A stretch of DNA of 64,000 bases from Eledone cirrhosa (lineage: Eukaryota), in the NCBI GenBank assembly GCA_964016885.1, contig OZ024742.1, positions 233,678,001 to 233,742,000 on the forward strand, read 5' to 3'. Below the pieces are notes generated by a model. It was given only the letters and a program-made list of their open reading frames with translations, searched no databases and was not told where the DNA came from. Made by a program: the position numbers and the translations under genes. This document shows, in pieces, positions 1 to 11,877 of the stretch; the first letter of the stretch is position 1, and every line of letters starts with the position of its first letter.

Positions 1-317
1 TCCCTCATATCACAACTCTCCCTACTGTCTTAAATTTAGAAAACACACAGACAACCATGCAGAACAACTCCATCACAGCTCTGTTGTTCGGCTGGCATCG
101 TCTACTCGCGTGTTGCGCAAGTACTCTGAAACAATAAATGTCAACACTTTTTTGCACAGAGATAATATCCATAGGCGAAACTACAATTGTCACTGCTGGC
201 GCAGCTCATGCTTCCAGGTCTGCAATTCATTCACCCAGTGCCTGGCAGACAAAAAAGTGCTGCAACCTAACTTTGGTAACTTAATGACCCCGAGCAACGC
301 CGGGCTTTAATGCTAGT
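1..317 (+). mobile_element. Helitron-like 3' end in Xlox intron
   Basis: GC hairpin cccgagcaacgccggg (~289-304) followed by CTAG|T at 313-317; 5' extent unknown. Confidence 0.5.
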
Positions 318-1200
318 AACATATACAATAGTTCACTTTTTGTTGTATAACAGGAAATAGCAGAAGCTATTGAAAACGATATCAATTTTCCTTTTATCGG
401 AAGCGAAGTGAACTTCTTTTGCTAGAATCATTCATACTACTTCCATGTTAATATTTTGAAAACATAAAACCTATCACCACAGATATATCATAACAATCTA
501 TATGAAATATGCTTTTTCTTCATTGTTTGCGGATACTTAGACATATACCTCATATTAATATAGATTCACAGAAATACTGCTTATTTTTCGCGTTTTAGTG
601 AGCGTAGTTATATTGCCAAGTATTTATAATTTATTTCTACACTTAATCACTTTAAATAAACTATAAAATCCTCATGAAACAGGCAAGCAGTCTGGTTATT
701 GCCATCATACTATTTTTCTTCCACGTTCTTTCCTCCGTTCTTTCAAGTTTTACTCTTAACATTATTTCAATTTTCTTCGTGCTTTCGAAATATTTATTTT
801 GTTTTGTTTTGTTTGTGTCTTAATCCAAAGTGAATATAAAAATTAAATACACAAATGTGGTATTAAAATATCAGAAAATATAATTGTTTATGGAGAAAAG
901 GTTAATGTAATGACAATATAATTAATTAGTTTCTACCTCAAATATGTTACATTCTACCTCTTCCTAAAATAGGTGACACTCTTCTTGAAATAAATTTTAA
1001 TTTCTATCAGGATTTAATTGTTCATCTATGGGATTCAACAATTAAACTCAATTTATAATTGAACTTCTTATGAAAATATTTTCAACCGCAGGATAAATAT
1101 TAGTCTCTTGCATAACCAAATTATTTGTAAATGAAGCTTCTCGTTTATCAAATAGTGTCGTGTACACTTATCTAACACTTCTATTAATTTGATATTTTAG

Positions 1201-1697
1201 GAGCCCAGTTTCCAGTTGAAGATGAAAACAAAAGAACGAGAACAGCATATACAAGGGGTCAATTACTTGAACTGGAAAAGGAATTCCACTTCAACAAATA
1301 TATTTCCCGGCCACGACGGATTGAATTAGCGGCGATGTTGAACTTAACTGAAAGACACATCAAAATTTGGTTCCAGAATCGCCGTATGAAATGGAAAAAG
1401 GATGAAGCAAAACGCCGACCACGTCCGTTGGCCATGTCACCCAGTAGTAATGTCTCACAGACTAATAGTGTAAGTAATGGTTCACCTTCAACGGGTACCA
1501 ATTCAAGTACATTAAATAGTTGCGGTAGGAACAACACATCATTATCCAACCGCACCAGTAATAACTGTGATGGTAGTCTATCACCCACTTTAGATAGTCC
1601 CCGTAGAATCAAAGGAATCACTGGTTGCAGAGACTCTTCTGATGAGAATGGTATACCATCACCTCAAAGACATTCTGATGGCTATGACAGTAATTAG
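1201..1697 (+). CDS. Xlox: ParaHox Xlox/Pdx, terminal exon (homeodomain + Ser/Asn-rich tail); earlier exon lies upstream of window
   Basis: Acceptor ttttag ends at 1200; phase-1 translation [68 protein letters not shown], with Pdx/Xlox-diagnostic His44 and KYISRPRR; stop TAG 1695-1697. Confidence 0.96.
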
Positions 1698-1879
1698 TCA
1701 CCAGTATACTTACACAGATTTAAAACAGAACAAAGAAATTTACATTAATATAACCTAAATTTTTATACCCTGTGTTTTTGCGTATATGTATACCTCATGT
1801 ATTTGATGTGCAAAGCCAGGAAAGAATAGCAAAACTTGCAGTTTGTGAACTATACATAGATGCAAACAAATGTATGTTG

Positions 1880-2046
1880 AATAAATATTAGACATCAGTA
1901 TTTTAAAACATCATCAATCGTTTGCTTACGTATTAATGCTCCGATACATATGTTATAAGAATGGACAAATACTAAGAAAACAACATATATTAGCTAATTG
2001 ATCTTATCGTTATCCTCGACAAAATACCTGACAGCATACGAATAAA
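1880..2046 (+). promoter_or_regulatory. Candidate Xlox poly(A) signals
   Basis: AATAAA at 1880-1885 and 2041-2046, after the stop and before the microsatellite block. Confidence 0.4.
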
Positions 2047-2169
2047 CTTTATGAATTTAACAATATGTATGTTTTCTTATACACAGACGCGCGCGCGCGC
2101 ACACCCACACACCCATATATATATATATATGCGTGTGTGTATATATTTATGTGTGTATTATGTGTATAT

Positions 2170-2413
<244 letters not shown>

Positions 2414-2431
2414 GACACACAAGTTGATATG

Positions 2432-2917
2432 TATAAAAAAAATAGTAAAAAAGAAAAAAACAGTAGAAAATGCTAAAGGTATTTTCTCTCAGAATAACAT
2501 CAAAATATTTATTTACAAAATAGGAATTTCTGCATTATTTGTACCGGTTTCAGCTTGTAGGCTTTTTCACACGACGGAAGTGTATAATGCAATTAAATTG
2601 CATATTAATAAGAATAAGAATATGGGGGGGAAATTGTTTTTACATACATATATAAAGAGAAAATTCGCATGTTTGTCTGTAGTTTTCTTTCTTTCTCTCT
2701 TAATGTTGACCCTAGTTGCGTCACCATTAATATTGTTCTTATTAATATGCAATTTAATTGCATTATACACATCCGTCGTGTGAAAAAGCCTACAAGCTGA
2801 AACCGGTACAAATAATGCGGAAATTCCTATTTTGTAAATAAATGTTTTGATGTTATTCTGAGAGAAAATTCCTTTAGCATTTTCTACTGTTTTTATTTCT
2901 TTTTTACTATTTTATAT
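2432..2917. repeat. Fold-back with ~185-bp inverted arms
   Basis: ~2432-2616 is the near-exact reverse complement of ~2735-2917. Confidence 0.9.
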
Positions 2918-3551
2918 ATCGACAAATCCTGACACATTCTGATTTCCTTTTCTAAAATTACTTTCTCTACTCTCTACACTTTCCATGCCTTCCTTTTTAC
3001 TCACACCTCTCTTCCGATGAAACGTCCGAAACGTTATTGCTTTTTTCCTACTATATCAAGCGTTAAGCTAATATACCATTATTGTACTGTATTGTTCTCT
3101 TGTGTTGTTTTTGTTGTTGATTTCTGTTCCCTCTCTCTGTATACCCCCCCCCCCACACACACACACACATATATATATATATAAATATATTTATATATAT
3201 ACATACATATATATATACACATATATACATATACGTATATATGTGTATATATATATATATATACATATATTTATATATACATATACATATATATATATAT
3301 ATGTGCATGTGTGTGGGGGGGGTGTATACAGAGAGAGGGAACGGAAATCAACAACAAAAACAACACAAGAGAACAATACAGTACAATAATGGTATATTAG
3401 CTTAACGCTTGATATAGTAGGAAAAAAGCAATAACGTTTCGGACGTTTCATCGGAAGAGAGGAGTGAGTAAAAAGGAAGGCATGGAAAGTGTAGAGAGTA
3501 GAGAAAGTAATTTTAGAAAAGGAAATCAGAATGTGTCAGGATTTTTCGATA
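2917..3551. repeat. Fold-back with ~240-bp inverted arms around a (TA)n spacer; Penelope pLTR-like
   Basis: 2917-~3160 is the reverse complement of ~3310-3551; arm contains ccgatga...ccgaaacgtta and resembles 55750-55820. Confidence 0.9.
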
Positions 3552-3710
3552 GTAATCACTGAGCAGATAAGCATCGGTTGAAGTGAAAGAAATATATGTG
3601 TGCCTGTGTACATGCGTGTGTGTGCGCACGTGTATGTGTGTAGGTTAGTCCACGTGTACGAGTATTCACAAAGACACACACACACACACACTCATATACG
3701 TATATATATG

Positions 3711-3745
<35 letters not shown>

Positions 3746-3753
3746 GTATATAC

Positions 3754-3856
3754 ATATGAAAAGAGTCAGGACCCCGACGACTGAGCTCCGGATGTTTCGA
3801 CAGCTAGATCCGAAACGGCCGGAGCTCAGCCGTCGGAGTCCTGACTCTTTTCATAT
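3754..3856. repeat. GC-rich hairpin (~38-bp stem)
   Basis: atatgaaaagagtcaggaccccgacgactgagctccgg / ccggagctcagccgtcggagtcctgactcttttcatat. Confidence 0.85.
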
Positions 3857-3963
3857 TACCCACTCTACTACCCTAAGTATTGAGTACTCTGGTGCGTTAT
3901 GGTCTACCTGGTATCTTACCACACCCTCTTTGTTGATTTTTGTTATGTATATACATATATATA

Positions 3964-4080
<117 letters not shown>

Positions 4081-4217
4081 AACCAAGCTGACGTCCATGC
4101 ATGACAGTCTCCTCTCTACAAACGGCCTATGTTGTCCAGAGGAAAGGCAGCGACCGATATAACTTGCCCCCAGTGACATCGCAACTCATTTCTACGGCTG
4201 AGTAAACGGAATCGGAC

Positions 4218-4260
<43 letters not shown>

Positions 4261-4431
4261 TGTCTGCTGCACAATGGAACGAAGACAGCGAAAAGAAGTT
4301 AAATGCAACGAAAACATTAGTATGAAAACAAGACAAGAACATAAAAACGTCTTCAGATGACAGCACTAGATACAGTTTCGCATGATATATGTATAAATCT
4401 GAGGTGAAAAGGCGTAAAACGAAAATCAGCG

Positions 4432-4938
4432 ATGGACAGATGGAGATACCTTGGAATAGATTTATACGTCGCTATATTTCGGATTTCACGCAAAACCATA
4501 CGAAGAGAGGGTCTTGACATCCAATTGACCCACCCCACCCACCCCCAGAACCCTCCCTACGGAGATGCCTCTCCAGGAAACACTACAACGTGCTCCCTCG
4601 GCAACTGCCCGATATGCCACACAAACTGTTGCTTTCACACCTACGTCGTTTATAACATCGAATGTGACAAGTGCAAGGACTTTTACATCGGCAGTACCTT
4701 TCGATCGCTGCACTTACGAACCAAGGAGCACGTCAGCACTAGAGCCTCGTCCTTTCAGAAACACATCACCAAATGCGGACACAAGGACGGAGGACTCACT
4801 GTCACGGCGCTAGCGACAGGGCGCAACTTTGGAACTCTAAGGATCAAGGAAAAACTTTGGATAAAACGACTGAAACCATCAATCAACAACAGATCTGAAA
4901 TGAGTGAAATGTTGTGGCTGGTCTAACCCGAACGACGA

Positions 4939-5004
<66 letters not shown>

Positions 5005-5600
5005 TACAATAATAGACGAACGAATATTATTGTACATATCGCTGCATGCTGACATACTAACAAACAACAAACGGACAGACCCTACTACCACAATGCTGAA
5101 TCTGTCACCAACTTTCAACCACCCACCTACCACGTCAACCTGAACCACTACCAGAACACATGAAGTCGGCAACACTGGCGCGTGCACGTAAACCTGCCAT
5201 AGCACGCCCGTCCCACGCCTTAGTGATGACGACTACTAACTTTAACTACCTCCGAATGTGCACGCCCGAGAGAGTATATTTTTTTATGCTCATCCAGTCG
5301 GAGACTGATGGTAACTACATACGGCCACGTACTTTCCTTTCCTGACATATCTATTTCCCTTCGGATCCCCCCTCCCCCCGGACGATGGATGTGAAATCCG
5401 AAAAATAGGGACAAATAAATCTATTCCAAGGTAACTATATCTTTTGTTTTCTTTTTACGCCCTTTTAGGTCTCTTTTTTACGATTCTGACTATATTTCTC
5501 TTCCTTCTTCCTGCTGCCACCTGCTTTTGTTACCCGGAGATTTACCCATCTGCATTGTAGAAGCTTCCAAAACGGCCATTTTTCAGATTCAACAATGCTT
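4432..5600 (+). mobile_element. Penelope-like element, 3' part (GIY-YIG endonuclease + pLTR)
   Basis: VVYNIECDKCKDFYIGSTFRSLHLRTKEH...LRIKEKLWIKRLKPSIN; degenerate hammerhead motif at 5374-5412. Confidence 0.88.
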
Positions 5601-5639
5601 CAAGCAAACATAAGCACTCTCACATACTTATATATACAT

Positions 5640-6232
5640 ACATGGTGGCTGCCAACTCGTTTTCGAGTACGGCCACTACTTTATATCCATGTAGGAGAAC
5701 CCCTACCGATGCGCTGAACAAGTGTGACTTTCCAGTCCAGCCAGCGACTTGAAAACTCTGGTACAAACACTATACTTGTGACAATTATTGATACATAGTG
5801 CTGGGCCCATGGTACCATGTGACAAGTGCAGAGAGATCTCCAGATATAAAGCAATGCCTGTGCCGTGAAGCTTGTATAGTGAGCAAAGGCACTGCACAAA
5901 GCCAGTCCCACTCTCTTAACCAAGATGATATTTACCAAAAAGAAGAACAAGTCAACATCATTGGATACCATCAGGGTTGCAGGTGTTATATCAGAGTTTT
6001 CCTTCTCCTAGAATTCTGCCTTGACAAAGGCTAAGGAGTCATCTCTCCCGGTGATTTTGGATGGCCATTGACTCTTAAGAGCTCCTTTGTCCTTTTGACA
6101 GGTTTTGTTTTTAGTCCTGCAGGATGTCCAAAGTCACTCTCCTCACCAAGAAACCTTGGTGGGGTTGCCAGTTTAGTCGCCAACGACCATGTGACAGGTT
6201 GTACTGGGATACATGTTACCAGTAGCACCAAC
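5640..6232 (-). mobile_element. Interspersed repeat (probably LINE 5'UTR-derived); related copies at 41866-42390 (+) and 27322-27400
   Basis: Shared gtgctactggtaacatgt..cccagtacaacctgtc...cctgcagga.aaaaacaaaacctg.caaa in opposite orientation. Confidence 0.7.
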
Positions 6233-7427
6233 TACATACATACATACATACATACACGTATTGCTCCTATCGTTTTTGGAGGTGCAGACGTTCATAATTT
6301 TCTGACAAAAATGTCTAATATTAGAGCGTATACTGGGTGCATTTTTTGCGACACCAGCACAACCACTTTACAGATTTGACGAGGTATATTCATTGAAGGC
6401 AGCAGCACTAACAATTTATAGGGTGTACCATGTATATATACACATATACATAAATATATTGACAGTGGTGGAAAACAAAAAGGAAATGGACAAGAGAAAG
6501 AGAGATAATATCATATATGATATTGATAATATGAAAGAAATACAAACTTATTTTGAAACTTCAAATTTACTACCTTTTTTGAAAAAGCTCAATTGAAAAA
6601 TAATGAAATTAATAATAAGGTAGCATACGAATATGTCATTAGTTGTATGAGTTCTTTGTATATAAGAAATGCGCTATATAAACTGATCCTTATATAGAAG
6701 GTCAAGGATCATATAATTCACGCCAATCTTTATTCATCATTGTATTATAAATATTTTGTTGTTCCGTTCATTAAAATAAATGAGCAAAGTATAAAATATT
6801 TTGTGAAAATTTAAGAATTTTTCGACAAAACCAAATTTTCAGACATTTCCCAAACCACAACAAACACTATATTTTTTTGTCACATCACCAGTCAGAAGAG
6901 CAGATCAATAATGGAGTTAGATCCATGACTCCTAGGGTGACCATGAGCCAATTCTCTGCGAAACGCGTGTAACAAGACGATACACAATAAACATCTTATT
7001 TATTTGCATGTGACTCATTGGAGGTGTGAAAACACTTTTGTATTGTTCATTCAGTGCCTCACTTATCTCTTGGGGTGGGGCCTGCGGTCAGTGAGTAACC
7101 TTTATGGAAAAGTGGCCTTATCCTGTAGTGTGCCGAGGCGCTCTCTTTTATAAATTTAAAGAAGGCCTTATGGTTCGTCTTTATGTTTTCTATAGCCCTG
7201 GCTTATCTTTCTGTCCTCTCCTTTTCATGGGAGAGTTTGAGTTCATTTTCAATTTCAAACAGTGCCTGCTTCAGATGGGATTTCGTCTTGTTCCTGACTT
7301 GTATATGTAGCCAGTTTGAAATCTTTCTTATTCTCATAAGAATTCACCTGATGGGGAAAATATATTTGTGCCTGTTAGCCATTCTTTCTGGGGAAAACTT
7401 TGAGCACATGGCTTGTATTATTTCCAT

Positions 7428-7630
7428 GGGCGGTGGATTGGCAGTATCGGTAGAGGGTCGGATGCCATGCTTTCCAGCATAGTTACGTCCCTTTACGATC
7501 TGAGTTCAAATCTGAGTTCAAATCCCGCCGAGGTTGACTTTGCCTTTCATCCTTACGGGGTCGATAAAATAAAGTACCAGTAATACACTGGGTAATTGAT
7601 GGCCTTGTGCCTAAAGTAGAAACAATTATT
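7428..7630 (+). mobile_element. tRNA-derived SINE (family A), representative of roughly 30 copies or fragments in the window
   Basis: A-box tggcagtatcggtagag, B-box gagttcaaatccc, core gcctttcatccttacggggtcgataaaataaagtaccag (Deu/Nin-like), (att)n tail. Confidence 0.9.
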
Positions 7631-7659
7631 TCCATGAATTGTTCAAGTTGTATATTGAC

Positions 7660-8035
7660 ATCTTCCATAGAGAGAGTGTCGGTCCAGTTTTGCTTCAGGG
7701 TTGGATTCTGAAGACATTCAGGATAAGAGACTCAGAAACCATGTTGGTCCTCTGGAGGACTTTTGTCTGCAGCCGACTGGACTATTGCTCTCAGCTGTGG
7801 TCACCCCACAGTGTCAAACTAACTGCAGAACTTGAAGCAATCCGACGAAGCCTCACCAAGAAGATTACCTCAATAAAGTAGATAGGCTACTGGGAGAGGC
7901 TGGGGAAATTAAAGCTTTACTCCCTGAAGTGGAGACGGAAGAGATGCGCAGTAATATACATATGGAAGATCCTGGAAGGGTTAGCACCAAACTTTGGTAT
8001 TGAAGGCTGGACCAGCCCAGTCACTGTGTAGTGCC
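7660..8035 (+). mobile_element. CR1/L2-group LINE RT C-terminal fragment
   Basis: GWILKTFRIRD..LWRTFVCSRLDYCSQLWSPH..LEAIRRSLTKKI. Confidence 0.8.
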
Positions 8036-9631
8036 AAAGGAAAACAGAAGTGAATGATCTTTGATGAGTCTTTAATGAAAACCGAAACAAGCCGTTATGA
8101 TCTTCATGCCAAACTCCCTGAACTGAATAACCAACTAGTTACCTGACTCAAAAAAAACTATTTTCCAATCTTAGTCTAAAACAAGTCTGAAATCAGCAAT
8201 AAAAACATCACCAAAACAAAATTGCATCCATCATGACTGACAATGTGCATGCTCTCTATCATGTCAGCATAATTTCTTTGGTTTCTGGATTTTACCTTAA
8301 GTTTTAGAGTAAGTTGATAAATGCATCTGCAGAAAAGTTCAGTTAAACAAAGAAAATTCATAGACAAATGTGTGTTGAATTAAAACAGAATAACAGCTCT
8401 GCCGTCCACTGGCCTATCACTCCAAATTCCAGCATCGTGAAGGTAATGGAAATAGTTACAAAGAACTATTTTTTTAAAGTAATTACCTTCACTCAATCCA
8501 GCATTAGTTACATCCAGTAAATTTCTGATCTTTCGGAGACTTGTTCTCCAACGTTATACTCCAGTATAGCAAGAGTATTGGAATTGATTTTAGTAAACCC
8601 TTCAACTGTCTTTGGCATGAAAACCTCCTGGATAGGTTTTTTTCTAATAAACAGGCAACTTAAACAATTCCTTAATTGCGACATAACAACCTTTTACAGC
8701 ACAAAGACAATTATTAATCCCGCCGAGGTTGACTTTGCCTTTCATCCTTACGGGGTCGATAAAATAAAGTACCAGTAATGCACTGGATAATTGCTGGCCT
8801 TGTGCCAAAAGTAGAAACAATTATTCACATTAAGAAACGGTTTTGTATCACACATGAATAATATTCCTTTAAATCGTTTTAAACAATAAACCTTAAAACC
8901 TCTAGTATCTTTTATGGCGATCTCTTATGCACAAAAATGTCAAAATTACATCTCAAAGACTAGTCTCCTCCGGTATCTGAAAATTCTTCAGTTCTGGCCA
9001 GGTGTTGATTGACTACAATGTTCAAGTCAGATTACTTTGGTAGAATTACTCACATTCAGGGAAAGGGATTCTGGTACAATCTTCGTCTGAGAGCACAAAC
9101 AACATACATTTTTAAAAATTATAAATTAAAATATTAAATATTGCTTGGTATAGTAGTGGCTGCAAAATAATGGTGATTCACATTAATACAAGGCCACAAA
9201 TTTGCGAAGAGGGAATATAGTCGAATGAATCGATCCACTCCATGACTGGTTCAAGTTTTTATCGATATACAGGAATGAAAGACTAAGTCGACAAGGATTG
9301 AACGTGAACTCCGAACGTTGACGGCCGAAATCAGGTGTATGTATGGACCTGTAATTCCAGATTGAGAGCGTAGAACGCCATTTTGAGTATTTAGCTCTTA
9401 ATCCTGGTGGGGCCCATTTTTTCTCTAAGCCTAAAAACAGCCGATTTCTTCCAGAGAAGGAAAGAGAATGAGTGAAAAAGATATAGAACGAAAGAATCGA
9501 TCCCAGTGCATAACTAGTACTTTTTTTATCGGCTCCAAAAGGATGACAACCAAAGTTGACCTCGGTGAGAATTGAAATCAGAGTACAGAGAACCAGAACG
9601 AATACTGCAAAGCATATAATCCCGTTCTCTT

Positions 9632-9663
<32 letters not shown>

Positions 9664-9674
9664 GTTGAAGATAA

Positions 9675-9712
<38 letters not shown>

Positions 9713-9921
9713 TCGTCGCACGCATTAATCCGATTTAATTAAAGCAGTATATACTTGTTACTAACGTAGCAGACCCTCACCTCCGCCTATGAAATGAACC
9801 ACAGTGTAATTCATAATAAAAATAACAAATATTTTGAAAATTAACATTTCTTTATAAACTTTAAAAGATGCAGACAAAAATATAAAATAATCTGTGTATA
9901 CGCAAACAGATACGTTCATTC

Positions 9922-9953
<32 letters not shown>

Positions 9954-11565
9954 CTGTTTACATATTTTTGTATAATTATATGTGTATACAGAAAAAGGTT
10001 CCTCTTTAAATATAGAGTTTTATAAGGAAAGAGCAAAACTTTAATAAGAGCTCATTCAGAGATGTGGGCTTCGTATAGTTGTATATTACCGATTGTATAA
10101 AATATTGTATACAAATATCCATACACAGATATTTTGTTATAGCATAATAATAATACATAGAAACATGCTATTGCATATTCTTCTATAAATACATAAATAG
10201 ATAATTTTAAATATAAATATAAACATTTGTTTTCATTCGAATATAAACGAATATAATCATATAACTTTGAAATGTATGACCAAATTGTCTGTTAATAAGT
10301 TACTTATAAATTTTTTGAAATTATTTTAATTTACTTATATCTGGTGTTAAAACGAATGTTCGCCAAAAACGTCAAACCTTGAAATGACATTAATCTGACG
10401 CATATTCCTTGTTATTCCTTATCCAGAATAATTGTTTCTGCTTTTTGCGGGCCAGCAATTACCCAGTGCATTACTGGTGCCTTATTTTATCGACCCCGTA
10501 AGGATGAAAGCAAAGCTAACTAATCTAGGCGGGATTTGAACTCAGAACGTAAAGGGACATAACTCTATGCTACAAAGCATGGTGTCTGACGCTCCACCGA
10601 TACTGTCAATCTACCGCCCTGAATCAGGATAATGTCATAGATTTTTTTTTCTACAAGAATGTAATGTCATTTCTACAACCAAATACTCATTCTCTCCCAT
10701 GTAACCACTGTCACCGCCTCCGTCTCTCCCGCTCTCTCTCCTCCATCTCTCACTATTGTGAGCAAATGGGGGACCACGCGCTGTCTGCCCCGCGGCTGTG
10801 GCGGACTGGCTACTCCGTGGCACCAGCGGAGGATGGTGAGGGAGATGCGCTGAAAGAGCTGTACCACTTGCGATGCAGGAAGCCAACTCTGTGCCGATGG
10901 TGGTGAGCAGGGAGGTGGCTCTGTCAGATTATTATCACATCATTATGACTTTAGACGTGAACAATCGGGATTTTTGTAAGGATTATGGGTAGGATAGTAT
11001 TTTTGATTGTTTAAAATCTGAAGTTAACAAAGGAGTTTAATTTACTGTGGATATTTTTTAGACAATATTCTGCTGAAATTAAGGATTCTGTTATTATTTT
11101 GCGATTTTTTGTTGTTATAGTAACTAATTTTTTAATATTATGTATGTGTGGACCCGTAACTCCTGGTGGAGACGTAGGGGCGCTGTAGTGACATACGGCG
11201 TTTCTCGGACATTTTTAACCTGGCGGAGCCCATCCCTCTCCGTGTCTGAACAGTCGATTTCTTCCAGGGAAAGTGAGAAAAAGAGTCGATCCCAGTAGTG
11301 GACTGGTACTTTTTTTTATCTACCTCGAAAGGGTGAAAGGCTAAATTCATCTCGGCGGGATTTAAAGATCCGGAACGAATACCGCAATGCATTCTATCCG
11401 GTATTCTAACAACTGCCAATTCGCCAATAATTTTCATATATTCTAGAATATTTCTATTTCATCGTTACCTTCTGTTGTGCAAGAATTACTGTTTGTTTCA
11501 AGTTTTTTTTTTTGGGGGGGGGGGGGGGTGATCTATATCCAATGCAGCAATTAAATTTGTATATA

Positions 11566-11877
11566 CTCTTGGGTCCCAAATAACCGGGAGTTTGGACTAA
11601 GCGGGGTGTTTGCAAAATTGGTAATTTTTCTAGATTGTCTCCCTTTGTTTTTTTAGAAACCAGAATTAGTCGGCTAGTTTACATATTGAGACTTCAACCC
11701 ATCCTATTTATTTTATAACGTATAGGATTTCTTTTTTGTCATGTATAATGTTTTTTTAATGTTTAAAGAAGATTATTTATCGCAGGAATGCTACCACTTA
11801 AGATAAAATTTCGCCGGAAATAGATTAGTAAAATTTAATAAATGGGATAGGGGGTACTATTATTCGGGACCCGAGAG
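11566..11877. mobile_element. MITE with TA target duplication
   Basis: tactcttgggtcccaaataa (11564-11583) / ttattcgggacccgagagta (11860-11879): 18/20 inverted match including flanking TA. Confidence 0.7.

Noticed and set aside
1259-1621. 120-aa minus-strand ORF
   Set aside because: Antisense shadow of the Xlox exon
7428-7530. tRNA genes at A/B-box motifs
   Set aside because: Heads of SINEs continuing into core and tail; no proper cloverleaf
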